Source of the DNA: Octopus sinensis
Taxonomy: Eukaryota
Length of the DNA: 64,000 nt
Direction of reading: 5' to 3'
Assembly (NCBI RefSeq): GCF_006345805.1
Contig: NC_042998.1
Coordinates: 33,046,001 to 33,110,000 of the forward strand
Shown here: positions 35,891-48,718 of the stretch, one piece after another
How positions within the stretch are numbered: the stretch's first letter is position 1
How the letters are laid out: each line of letters begins with the position of its first letter
The notes under the pieces: model-generated
The model's input: the letters and a program-made list of their open reading frames with translations, nothing else
Told to the model about the DNA's origin: nothing
Database searches by the model: none
Made by a program: the position numbers and the translations under genes

Positions 35891-36866
35891 TGATAAAACG
35901 GTAAGACAACAAAAGAAAGAGATCTCGATATTATGTAAATAGAGGAATTTATCTGTAAATGTAATATGTGACAATTATTCGGTAGCCATTTTAAAACTCC
36001 GAGTTTCGGATGCCGAGGTGGAAATCCACGCCGCCATCACTTCAGTTATCTGGCTATCGGAAAAATGCCTTCAAAAGTTTCTTGGAGAAGATTTCCATTA
36101 GAGTATAGAGTATAGTATAGGTATGTTTTTCATAGAGTAATCGATGTAATAGGCATCCATATTGAATTCTTCTGCGGGGTAGAGTCCTCAACCGATGTCT
36201 GGCGTTTTTCCAAAATAAGCTGTATTAGTCCTTAGGGAAGAATAGCGGGGTACGAGAGGTAACTTATTGATAAAAACGGTAAGACAACAAAAGAAAGAAA
36301 GAAACCTCGATATTATGTAAATAGAGGAATTTATCTGTAAAGGTAATATGTGACAATTATTCGGTAGCCATGATAAAACTCCGAGTTTCGGATGTCGAGG
36401 TGGAAATCCACGCCGCCATCACTTCAGTTATCTGGCTATCGGAAAAATGCCTTCAAAAGTTTCTTGGAGAAGATTTCCATTAGAGTATAGATATAGTATG
36501 GTATGTTTTTCATAGAGTAATCGATGTATAGGCATCCATATGAATTCTTCTGCGGGGTAGAGTCCTCACCGATGTCTGGCGTTTTTCCAAAATAATCTGT
36601 ATTAGTCCTTAGGGAAGAATAGCGGGGTACGAGAGGTAACTTATTGATAAAACGGTAAGACACAAAAGAAAGAAAGAAACCTCGATATTATGTAAATAGA
36701 GGAATTTATCTGTAAAGGTAATATGTGACAATTATTCGGTAGCCATGATAAAACTCCGAGTTTCGGATGTCGAGGTGGAAATCCACGCCGCCATCTCTTC
36801 AGTTATCCGGCCATCGGTTTTTATTATGGATACCGAATAATTGTCACATATTACATTTACAGATAT
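35891..36866 (-). mobile_element. 377-bp head-to-tail array (~2.5 units) of PLE-type terminal repeat, one hammerhead per unit, with terminal inverted segment
   Basis: Units start at 35891, 36268 and 36645. 36821-36865 is an inverted copy of unit sequence. (TA)n at both ends. Confidence 0.88.
36747..36807 (-). ncRNA. Type I hammerhead ribozyme, canonical core
   Basis: GATAA CTGAAGA GATG-gcggc-GTGG-attt-CCAC-ctcga-CATC c GAAA CTC-g-GAG TT TTATC. Predicted cleavage between 36752 and 36751. Paralogues at 36372-36432 and 35990-36050 have CTGAAGT. Confidence 0.85.
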
Positions 36867-36880
36867 ATATATATATATAT

Positions 36881-37078
36881 AGTTAATCCAAACATGAACA
36901 AGCAAGAAAAAACAACAACGCGAGGACGTGGAATAAGTACAGTGTTATTGGACGCTCAGGAAGGGAAAGAAAAGAAAGGGGATTTCACGTTTCGAGCGGA
37001 GCTCTTCATCAGAAATATAGAAAAAGTCCAAAGAAGGGAAGACGGAGAAAGAAAATCACCAACGATACACACGCTGTC
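36881..37078 (-). mobile_element. Copy of the 200-bp hammerhead-bearing repeat (motif 36982-37016)
   Basis: ATTT CTGATGA A GAGC tcc GCTC GAAA CG TG AAAT. Confidence 0.78.
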
Positions 37079-37478
37079 ATATATATAATATATATATATA
37101 CATATATATATGTGTGTGTTATTAAACGAAAATAATTTTCATTGAGGATTATTTATTTTGAGAGTCTTCCATAATTTCATTAATTAATTATAGGAGTCGT
37201 TAGAAACGGTCGTAATGGATTGACACCTGTATCTCTAGTTACATATATTTTATTCACCTGCCTCGGAATCTGCCCTTCATAAATATTATGGATCATATAT
37301 TTAATATAATGATCATTAGCTCAAGAGTTGGTTTCTTCACTCAGCTGCGTCTAATTGTCTACATACGTGGCAAATATATCATTTGGCTGGTACTTATGCA
37401 CCAAGTTTGATATTTTCATAATTTTTTTGTGTGTGTATAGTATTCTGACCTAATGTAAGTACCTAATTCAACTGAATC

Positions 37479-37518
<40 letters not shown>

Positions 37519-37538
37519 TGTGTATTATTCCGACCAAT

Positions 37539-37894
37539 GGGTGTGGGAGTTTGGTCGTGTGGTAACTTCGTTATGCTAAGATACTAGATGTCTTAATAGA
37601 AGGTGTTTCAATCCTATGTAACCGCATCGCCAGCTTTCTCATCTATTTGTCTCCACCTTTTAAGGCGGCGAGCTGGCAGAAACGTTAGCACGCCGGGCGA
37701 AATGCATAGCCGTATTTCGTCTGTCGTTACGTTTCGAGTTCAAATTCCGCCGAGGTCGATTTTGCCTTTCATCCTTTCGGGGTCGATAAATTAAATACCA
37801 GTCACGCACTGGGATCGATATAATCGACTTAACCCGTTTGTCTGTCCTTGTTTGTCCCCTCTGTGTTTAGCCCCTTGTGGATAGTAAATAAATA
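37539..37894 (+). mobile_element. Composite insertion: 125-bp Pol III-like segment plus full SINE-A
   Basis: 16-bp TSD TATTATTCCGACCAAT at 37523-37538 and 37895-37910. SINE-A proper starts at 37664. Confidence 0.8.
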
Positions 37895-37983
37895 TATTAT
37901 TCCGACCAATTTAAGTACCTAATTCAACTGAATATTATTTGTATTTCATATACACACACACACACACAAAGAAAGAAAACGAG

Positions 37984-38014
<31 letters not shown>

Positions 38015-38469
38015 AGGGGAGAGAGAGAGAATTGAATGTTATTTGAGAGAGATTTGGTTGATAGGTCGAGTAGCGACTTAGAGCGTCTTTTATTGTGGTG
38101 TTATGATAATGAGAAATTTGTAATCTATCGCAAAACGTGTAACAAGTACATTTCTGTAATTAATTGTATATTCTGAAAGAGAATGCAACATACCTATTTA
38201 TAGAATATATTGACAGATGCACTGAATATGCAGAAACATCAGAAACAATGCTTATGACCTTATGAATATTTTCCCACTCATTCACACAGGAAAATGTATA
38301 AGATAGGTTAGAAGCGTTACTAATTAAGCAAATTTAGAGCTGTGCTAGGAAATCCGACCAATTAATTGGCTTCGTAAGTTATAGCGTGCTTCAAGTTTCA
38401 TGAGAAACGGTATTTGGATCGAATATGTTGACTTATGAGTTTGAGGTTCAATATTAAGTTGGGTTAAGG

Positions 38470-38590
38470 TGGAGACCTGACAGAATCGTTACCGCGCCGG
38501 GCAAAATGTTTAGCGGTATTTCAACCATCTTAATGGTCTGAGTTCAAATTCCGCCGAGGCCGACTTTGCCTTTCATCCTTTCGGGGTTCA
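38470..38590 (+). mobile_element. Partial diverged SINE-A
   Basis: Head through ctttcatcctttcgggg. Confidence 0.75.
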
Positions 38591-38594
38591 TTCA

Positions 38595-38845
38595 CAACTA
38601 CAAGGGGCCCACCCCAACTAAAGTGATATAATTAAATTTTTTTTTAAGTATTCTTTTCAACTGTCTACAAACGCAGCCAGGCTGAAATAATAAATTCTTC
38701 TTGGAGTGAATAGAAAATTCTCAAACTTTAGGGTATAGGCCCCTTAGATACTAACATGGGATTCTAGATACTAACATATGGATTCTAATGTCGCAGGGGC
38801 CCACTTGCCATCGGGCAAGCTGGCAACCTGGCCAGTCCGCCACTG
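38595..38845. mobile_element. Second copy of the hAT-type MITE (left end missing)
   Basis: Near-identical to 7150-7366, right TIR at 38832-38845. Confidence 0.8.
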
Positions 38846-38958
38846 TATAGAACTATATTCATAAAAAGTACAGAACTATATTATCACCTTCAAATTTGAG
38901 AAACAAACACTCATAACTTTTTTTATATTTTAAAACTTCATTGCATGAGATTGATACC

Positions 38959-39357
38959 TATTTCTTTACTACCCTCAAGGGGCTAAACATAGAGGGGACA
39001 AACAAGGACAGACAAACGGACTAAGTCGATTATGTCGACCCCAGTGCGTAACTGGTACTTAATTTATCGACCCCGAAAGGATGAAAGGCAAAGTCGACCT
39101 CGGTGGAATTTGAACTCAGAACGTAACGGCAGACGAAATACGGCTACGCATTTCGCCCGGCGTGCTAATGTTTCTGCCAGCTCGCCGCCTTAGAGACATA
39201 TGAAATACCTATTTCTTTACTACCCACAAGGGGCTAAACACAGAGGGGACAAACAAGGGCAGACAAATGGATTAAGTCGATTATATCGACCCTAGTGCGT
39301 AACTGGTACTTATTTAATCGACCCCGAAGGGATGAAAGGCAAAGTCGACCTCGGCGG
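38959..39357 (-). mobile_element. SINE-A composite: truncated unit, 17-nt linker, full unit
   Basis: 16-bp TSD GCATGAGATTGATACC at 38943-38958 and 39358-39373. Confidence 0.9.
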
Positions 39358-39917
39358 GCATGAGATTGATACCATGAAATTTCTCGAATTGAGCTCTATC
39401 ATTTAAGCTTAATTAAAATATAGTTTGTTTTTAAAATAAAAAAAGCTAATTATACTTAAATCCAATTTTTCCCTTATTTATATTTATTTTTCGTGATATT
39501 TTACCTTACAACTTTTTTGATACAAATTTTTGTTGTATGAGACCAAAAACTATGAAATTCCTCATGCTTTCTACTACCATTGAAGCTAAGATAAATATAT
39601 TTTCCTTTTAAAATAAAAATGTTATTTAGATCTAAACTTGATTGGTGGTGTTACTTACTCTCCTATAACGTCGCTACAAATTTTGATGTAAACTTTTTTC
39701 TACTGGATCAAATCTCAATTTTCTAATGCTAAAATGTAGCTAGGGACCAGTCCTCTTTAAAAATGTTAACAGTTTTAAATTTGGTTACGAACTGTATTAG
39801 CGACAAATCTCTGAAGATGCTGCGTATGAGTAAATTGCGGCCTTAAGAATATTATTCAATTACCACCGTAGTTGAATGATTTTTCACATTCTAGAACAAA
39901 AGGGAGGTCCCTCGCTG

Positions 39918-40350
39918 GTTGTTGTTGCTGTTGTTGTTTGTTTGTTTGTTGAGCGAAGCAGTCTTCGTCCCTGAGCGAAGCAGTCTTCGTCCCTGAGCTC
40001 GCAAGATCGCGCCTCTGTAGTGGGAGAAGTCCGAAACGTGGTCCTTTGCTATTCGTAAGACCCGCAGAAGAGAAAGCAGGTCAACCCCCGACACCGAGAA
40101 CATCGACGGATGGATGAATGCGCATCCAGGCTCAGTGGTTGCGTAGGAAGTCGGGGACAAATAACAGGAAGAGTGAGAGAAAGTTGGAGCGAAAGAGTAC
40201 AACAGGGGTCGCCACCAGCCCCTGCCGGAGGCTTGTGGAGCTTTAGGTATTTTCGCTCGATAAACTCACACAACGCCCGGTCTGGGAATCGAAACCGCGA
40301 TCCTCCGACCGCGAGTCCGCTGCCCTAACCACTGGGCCATTGCGCCTCCA
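39918..40350 (-). mobile_element. Full-length SINE family C with (ACAA)n/(AAC)n tail
   Basis: Head tggaggcgcaatggcccagtggttagggcagcggactcgcgg. Internal 22-bp duplication near the tail. Confidence 0.9.
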
Positions 40351-41496
40351 CTGCTGTTGTTGTTCTGGTTATTGCTGCTGCAGCGTTTGTTGTTGTTGTT
40401 GTCGTTGGTGTTTAATCTCTAATAAAGTATACTCCAGACCAAATGATCTTGTAGCATTGGCAGGGCAGTCGAATTACTTCGCCTCAGCGTAGCAGCACAT
40501 TGGTGCTGCATTCCACTGCTCTTCAAAAGCAAACGGCAGAGGAAGACACATGACGACTTCCGACCAGAGTAACAGTGGCGCGCTTTTCAAAGGCGTTTTA
40601 TCCAGTCGCTGTCTAAATGTCGGAACATAAACATCTGACTCCCTTTCGTCACTGCTTTTGCTTTATCCCATTCAGATTTAGACACAAAACTATCGACGAG
40701 CTTGTGGCCCGGCTAGCTCAACACGCTGTGGGATTTCTACCTCGCCTCACGACTACTTCAAAACTCATTGGATAATTTAGATTCGCGGCCCAGTACCGGA
40801 GCTAACTACCTTCATGTGCATTAAAGAATTAACTCATGCCTCCTACACCTTGTTGTCTTGTACGCTTATCTCTGTTGTGACAGCTACTTCGTGTGTGAGC
40901 AAGGAATAAATTATGCTTGTTAACCAAAAGCATTGCCTTCTGATTTTTATCGTTACCTTTATGTAAAACATGCATTTATACGTTTCAAACCTTCTTGGGT
41001 CCACACATCTAAACATGCTTCCCTAAACCGGTAAACCTCTTGTTACAATCTAATATGACCGTCCCGTTTGTTTTATACTTGAGACAGTGGTATGTTATAA
41101 TCCAAGGAGAGATTCGGCTGTTATTTCTAGCATGGTGAGTATAAAGTATTACCCTCGCATCACGTACCAGTTTTATGTCTTCGAAAGTTGGTTCACTTGT
41201 TCAGAGTTGCAAGATCAATTTCAAAAAGTAAAGAAAAAGTTCGTATAAAATTTCAAAATGTGGTGGAATGTATCGAAAAAGATCTCCAGAAAGAAAAATT
41301 TAGCTAGTAAATTTACACACACACACACACACACACATACACACACACGCGCGCGCGCGCGCACACACCACACACACGAGATGTATAAGTGTGTGTGTGT
41401 GTGTAAGCATCTATAAGTAGTACCAGCTGTAGTTCTCAGTCAAATATCCATGTGTGTGTGTGTTTGTGTGTATGTATGTATGTATGTATATATGTA

Positions 41497-41541
<45 letters not shown>

Positions 41542-41546
<5 letters not shown>

Positions 41547-41793
41547 TTCTTGATAGGGAAGTCAGAGTGTACTCTAAGCTTTATTTAGGACGACAATATT
41601 TTCAGCTTAAACCTTTACTGCTCCCTCGTGGGCGAGGAACGATATAATGAAGTCGAATGCACCCCACAGTGCAGAAAACACCTCATCATTATGTAATCTG
41701 ATGGATCAGTAGAGAGCATTACAGATGTAAGCCGAAACGATCGTCGTGTTAAATAAAGCTTACAGTACACCCTGTTTTCTTTATCAATTATTT
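41542..41793. repeat. Foldback cassette with ~50-bp inverted arms and a degenerate hammerhead (41707-41750)
   Basis: gtgtactctaagctttatttaggacgac versus gtcgtgttaaataaagcttacagtacac. Motif GC-a-TTACA-ga-TGTAA-GC-c GAAA CGATCG TC, core decayed. Confidence 0.7.
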
Positions 41794-41918
41794 ACAATAT
41801 ACTAAAACTGCACCGAGGAATTCTTTACGTAAATATTGCGACTAAAGTGCTGTACAGCGGATGACACTATTGTAGCCGTATGTATGTATGTATGTATGTA
41901 TGTATGTTTGTATGTATG

Positions 41919-41950
<32 letters not shown>

Positions 41951-42067
41951 AGAGAATTTTTATTGCTATATATATATATATAGTTAAAAGTCTCCAGTAT
42001 AAATAATTTCAACAGTAGTGAAATATATAAAAGAAGCAAAATGTACAGAAATTTTATGTTGGACAAC

Positions 42068-42115
<48 letters not shown>

Positions 42116-42142
42116 TGTGTGTGTGTGTATAAAATATTTACA

Positions 42143-42178
42143 TAGTTGACCGGTTTCGCTTGTGCTGGTCATGACTAA
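42143..42178 (-). ncRNA. Degenerate hammerhead remnant
   Basis: tagt catga ccagcacaagc GAAA CCGG TC aacta. 3' half intact, CTGA box damaged. Confidence 0.45.
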
Positions 42179-42260
42179 GAAGTTAGTGATAAGGTAACAA
42201 TTTCATGTTATAAGTTTTCATTCCTTGCTAGATAGAAGAAAGGATATTTATCTATCTCTT

Positions 42261-42324
<64 letters not shown>

Positions 42325-42517
42325 ATATATATACATGCATATATCATATTTCATATATGTTTGTGTGTGTAAATTATTCAACATTCTAATATCCGAAAGC
42401 TGAACAAACTAAATTGTTTCTCCATTTTCTTATTTGTATTATATATATATATATATTTATTACGATCGCTATTTTTCCAGTAAATATCGGTACTTCGTTG
42501 TACTATCTATTTACTTT

Positions 42518-42573
<56 letters not shown>

Positions 42574-42989
42574 TATAATATCATATATAAGGTAGCGGAT
42601 ATTCGTTATAAATATCGCCACGAGTGGCCTAGCATGTATAAAGAAGTCCTAAACACATATTCATATTTTAAAATAGTGTACAATTAAACACAAAAGAAAA
42701 CTACCCTTTAACAGGTAATTTTTACATGCTAGAAATAGCAGCTAACGCGGCCAAAACTACGATTTAATAGCAATTTTCGAAGGAATTGAAAAATAAAAAC
42801 TTTTACCTTGTTATTTTTATTAGCGGTAGTACCATGGTTTCGAATTTCTTTAGCAAATAAGATTATTTGCCATCCATTAATAGGTAATTTAGCAAAACAA
42901 TATTATCGCCAGGCGAATTCTCATCAGTAACCGGCCTCAATAACTAACTTATAATTCAGAGACAAGAACGCGTGTCCCGTCATTATATA

Positions 42990-43400
42990 CTCTTTTACTC
43001 TTTTACTTGTTTCAGTCATTTGACTGTGGCCATGCTGGAGCACCACCTTTAGTCGAGCAAATCGACCCCAGGACTTATTCTTTGTAAGGCTAGTACTTAT
43101 TCTATCGGTCTCTTATGCCGAACCACTAAGTTACGGGGACGTAAACACACCAGCATCGGTTGTCAAGCGTTGTTGGGAGGTACAAACACAGACACACAAA
43201 CACATACACACACATACATATATATATACATATATACGACAGGCTTCTTTGAGTTTCCGTCTACCAAATCCACTCACAAGGCTTTGGTCGGCCCGAGGCT
43301 ATAGTAGAAGACACTTGCCCAAGGTGCCACGCAGTGGGACTGAACCCGGAACCATGTGGTTGGTAAGCAAGATACTTACCACACAGCCACTCCTACGCCT
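42990..43400 (-). mobile_element. Full-length, young SINE family B
   Basis: Head aggcgtaggagtggctgtgtgg, box B ggttcagtcc, CORE-like ccttgggcaagtg, (GTAAAA GA)n tail. Confidence 0.92.
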
Positions 43401-44324
43401 ATGTTATAATCTTTCAAAACTTCGCGCGCAGGCGCATTTACAGTCGGCAATAAATACAATATGTATATATGTGTGTGTGTGTATGCAAATATGTATGTAT
43501 ATATATATGTGTGCGAGTGTGTGCGCGTTTTGTGATGATGCTAGTGATTGGTTGAGCATTATGCAGACTTATGGCGAAAGCACTTTCAAACCGAAAAATA
43601 AAACATAACAATAAAAATAAAAATGAACCGGTTCTGTTCTCGAGTATTGGATACCTACGATGTATCCATGACTTTTCGAGATGGTCCGGTATAACTTGAC
43701 TGCGCTTTTTTTACCCGACAGATGACAGAGGGCGGCTAAAAGATCACGCGTTTTCTTGATTGTTTTCAAATATATTCAGTTCAGTGCTTTCGTTTCATCA
43801 TTTTACTGACAACTCTAACTGTATAAAGATAATCGAAAAATCACTTCCATTTTAAAACTTTATTGTTGTTGATTGTGGTGGTGGAGGCGGCGGCTGTGCT
43901 GCTGCAGCTGTTGTTTAGCGTTGTGTCAGCGGCGATTAAGCAGACCTATGACGTAAACATCATCATCAGCAACAACAACAAAAGAAGCTCCTTGTTCTCT
44001 CTCTATTCGAAATGCAAAGATATTACCCATGGCATCGTACAATATATTAACGATGCTTTAACGATAATTCTCAGAATAGAAAGTGACTTTTGGAGCAGTC
44101 TGTACCCGGCAGCGTAGCTAAGAGAAGGAGGACAAGGAAAGCTTTTCTCGGGGTAACATTCTGGGTGAGTAGCACTTCAAATATGTAGCTGAAAGGGTGA
44201 AGGAATGTTTTTCCTGGGGTAACATTCTGTGTGGGTTGTACTTCAAATATGCGTTATGTTGTGTTTATCGTCAAGAACCGCCTTGCGTGACATAAATCGT
44301 AGCTATGCTATCGTATGTAGTTCA

Positions 44325-44880
44325 TAGACGGTGACTTCTTTTCCTAAATGTTATTTACAAATGCCTAATAATATTCCTCACTTTCTATCATTCCATTGTA
44401 AGAAATAATTTCCAAATTTCTAAGCCAGGATTCGAAATCGAATTCACATTTTCCTACATCTTTCTTCCTATTGTTATTCGTAGATGGTGACTTCTTTTCC
44501 TTGATGTCATTCACAGATAAGGCGGCGAGCTGGCAGAATGGTTAGCACGCCGGGCGAAAATGCGTATCCGTATTTCGTCTATTTTTATGTTCTGAGTTCA
44601 AATTCCACCGAGGTCGACTTTGCCTTTCATCTTTTCGGGGTCGATAAATTAAGTACCAGTTACACACTGGGGTCGATATAACCGACTTAATCCGTTTGTC
44701 TATCCTTGTTTGTCCTCTCTGTATTTAGCCCCTTGTGGGTAGTAAAGAAATAGATGTTATTCACAAATATCTAATAACATTCCTCACTTTCAGTTATTCC
44801 ATTGTAAGAAATAATTTCCAAATTTTTAAGCCAGGATTCGAAATCGAATCCACATATTCCTACAACTTCTTCCTATTGTT
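44325..44880. repeat. 156-bp tandem duplication, second copy interrupted by SINE-A
   Basis: tagacggtgacttcttttcc at 44325 and 44481. Homology resumes after 44753. Confidence 0.85.
44521..44752 (+). mobile_element. Full-length SINE-A
   Basis: 17-bp TSD gatgtcattcacagata / gatgttattcacaaata (15/17). Confidence 0.9.
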
Positions 44881-45565
44881 CATGCCTGTTGCGCTATGAC
44901 ATTTATGAGAGTAAACTGACGTCTTAATCTTTTTCGAATCATACTTGGGTCAAAGCTGACACTGAAAGAAAATCCTTCGTTTAGCTTGACCTAGTTTGGT
45001 TAGAAAAGCTATAAATAAGCAACCTCAAATCGGTTTCCTCACTTTGGTCGCTCGGCCCTTGGACAAAGGCCATCTTTGTTTCTCACTTCACATATGGCTT
45101 TCCATTGCGCGACGACACAGCTCTGACTCCTACTTGAAAAAAAATACTCTTATACTTCCTTTTTCTCTCTAGTAATCACACACAGATGAAGCTAACTACC
45201 ACCCGGAATGGACTTGTAACTTACTTTGGAACGATAACGGTAAAAAATAAAGGGCCATCCAACTAACAATTAATATTTTTCTTCTCTCGTTTATTCGGGC
45301 GTATCATCGTTACCCGTTATCGTTATATCATTGAATTTACTCTCCAATACCAGTTGAAGTTTCATCTTTTACAACTAAGAATTCTTCTGGTTTCAAGAGA
45401 ATAAACTTCCATAGAGAATTGCTAGGGGTCAAGTTACTAGAAATCCTAAGTTATTGTTCGGGTGGAGTAACTAAAGATTTCTCATCACTTCAGCATAATT
45501 GTTTTCTTTTTCACTGTTCTTTAACGTTATATCAACAGTTCCAGATCATTATGTCAGGTTTGTTA

Positions 45566-45735
45566 TTTCATTTACTTGTTTCAGTCATTTGACTTCGGCC
45601 GTGCTGGAGTACAGCCTTTAGTCGAACAAATTGTCCCCAGGACTTATTCATTGTAAGCCTAGTACTTATTCTATTGGGATCATTTGCAGAACCGCTAAGT
45701 TACGGGGATGTAAACACGCCAACATTCGTCAGGGA
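45566..45735 (-). mobile_element. SINE-B 3' half
   Basis: B tail and body motifs. Confidence 0.8.
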
Positions 45736-46379
45736 ATAATACTTTGCGGATAGCTTATCAACACCCATGATGTCATTTGCTCCATACATGCAGATACAAT
45801 CAATGAGTACACTTTGTGGCTCGGGTACCCTTGTGGTTATTGGATGATGGCCAAGAGATATGAGACGGCATTTAAAGTCTGCTTGAATCCATGCTAAGTC
45901 TCCGCTTTCCTGTTTGTTTTTTCTTTTTTGTATAGGGATAGTCAGTTCCACTGCCAATATGGCTGTGAATTTATGCCTCGATGGCTCAAATCTAGCCTCC
46001 GCTCATGTAAGAAACGCCCTTATGAATATTGGTACACCAAACACATTGTGGGCACTGCTTAAGTATATGTAGAAAACCCTGATGACCTTTTTCTGAGTTT
46101 AGGTATTATATATGCCTGGTTCGCGCATCCATTATTACAAGAGCTATCTTAACATATATTTTCCTCCAACCTTAGGTACGCAAACACGCACGCACACACA
46201 CACACACACACACAAACACACATAAGCACACACAGCGGCACGCATATATATATATATGTATATATTTATACATATATATATATACTTATACACACACACG
46301 CACATACACTTCTAATATACGATAAACGTTTTTCCAAAAATTTCATCAGTAGCTAGCATATTAAAATACCTTTATAATT

Positions 46380-46517
46380 ATGTGTGCGTCTGTATATGTG
46401 TTTGTATTTATAATTATATATATGTGTGTGTGTGTGGGTGTATACATATATATACATACATACATATATTTATATATATATATATATATTATATATATAT
46501 ATATATATTATATACAA

Positions 46518-46553
<36 letters not shown>

Positions 46554-46567
46554 TGTATGTATGTATG

Positions 46568-46598
<31 letters not shown>

Positions 46599-46694
46599 CT
46601 ATATATATATATATTATATATATATATTGTGTGTGTTGTGTATATATATATATATATATATGTATTATATATATATATATATATATATGTGTGG

Positions 46695-46740
<46 letters not shown>

Positions 46741-46937
46741 GTATATCTATTATACAAAAGTGGGACAAGAATGCAAAACAGCCATACAGTTTGGTGATAC
46801 AAAAAAGGGACAACAAAACATCCAGACAGACGATACAAAGAAAACAAGGGCGGGTCATTCGGAGTTTTCTATCAGTCGAGTTCCAGATTATCTTTGCAAT
46901 TTTGGGATGCGTGGCATCCAATCATATAATATATGTA

Positions 46938-46970
<33 letters not shown>

Positions 46971-47201
46971 CGTGTGTGTGTATGTATGTATATATACACA
47001 TATATATAGGCATATATATATATATTATATATAAATATGTATATGTATATGTAAAAAAACACAAAGGGGGAACAATATTATGTATATATATATATATATG
47101 TATATATAAAATATTATTAGAGACAAAACCACTATTTTGCAAAACAAACAAGGAAAGACTTAATCAATACATAAAATTTTAATAAATAGTCAAAAAAAAC
47201 C

Positions 47202-47237
<36 letters not shown>

Positions 47238-47788
47238 TAATACAAACAAGAAAACACAGAAAAAGAGAGAAAAAAGTGAAAAAAACACAGCAACGCAGGA
47301 CGTGGAACAATTAAAGTATTATTGACATAAGGCTTTTAAATGATGCCTTCCAATAAAATGAAATATTTTATTCAAGAAGACAACGGACAACGTACCGACC
47401 GATCTGGGAATCGAAAGCGCAATACCACACTTGTGAGTGCAACCACTCTAGCCACCAGACAACGCTCCTTCACACACACACACACACACACAAGCGCAGG
47501 CATACACATGCAGGCACAGACATAAATGTTCGTAAAAGACAAAAATGAGGGTGTGGGGCAGTTTTATGGCAGATCAGTTTCCATAATTAAGACCCGTTTC
47601 TTCTTATGTTTTAATCCCTCTGGAAGAAAAGGGCATACGTATGTTTAATAAATATCTATGTATGTGTGGATATATAAGTGTATTTGTATGTGTACATATT
47701 GATACGTGAGTATGTATGTATGTATGTATGTATGTATGTATGTATGTATGTATGTATGTATGTATATATGTATGTATGTATGTATGTA

Positions 47789-47877
<89 letters not shown>

Positions 47878-47892
47878 ATATGTATTTGTATG

Positions 47893-47926
<34 letters not shown>

Positions 47927-48026
47927 TGTATGTATGTATGTATGTATGTATATATATATATATATATTATATAATATAATACATATATATACATATATTT
48001 ATATGTATATATTATGTATATATTAT

Positions 48027-48075
<49 letters not shown>

Positions 48076-48384
48076 TATATTTATATGTATATATTTCTGT
48101 ATATTATTATGTATATATGTCTACATTCATGCATACGTGTGTATATACATACAAAATACGTAGTCATACATACCTATGCACACACACGCACAGACACACA
48201 GACATACATGCATACATACATATACACACACAGACATATATACATACATTACATACATACATATACACACACAGACATACATGCATACATACATATATAC
48301 ATATATATATACATGCATACATGCATACATACATACATGCATACATACATATATACATACATACATACTTGCATATACACAGAT

Positions 48385-48415
<31 letters not shown>

Positions 48416-48651
48416 CATAATACTTACTTACTTGCATACCACCAGTGGTGGTGCCCCAGCATGGCCGCGGCCTTCGGGCTAAAACATTTTTAAGGATTTT
48501 AAGGATTATACATACATACATATATACATGCATGCATACATACATACATACATGCATACATACATACATACATACATACATACATGCATGCATACATACA
48601 TACATACATACATACATACATACAAACATACATACATGCATATACACAGAT

Positions 48652-48718
<67 letters not shown>

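Noticed and set aside
40440-40800. GC-richer non-repetitive-looking block
   Set aside because: All frames examined were interrupted or unrecognisable, with no matching splice pair.
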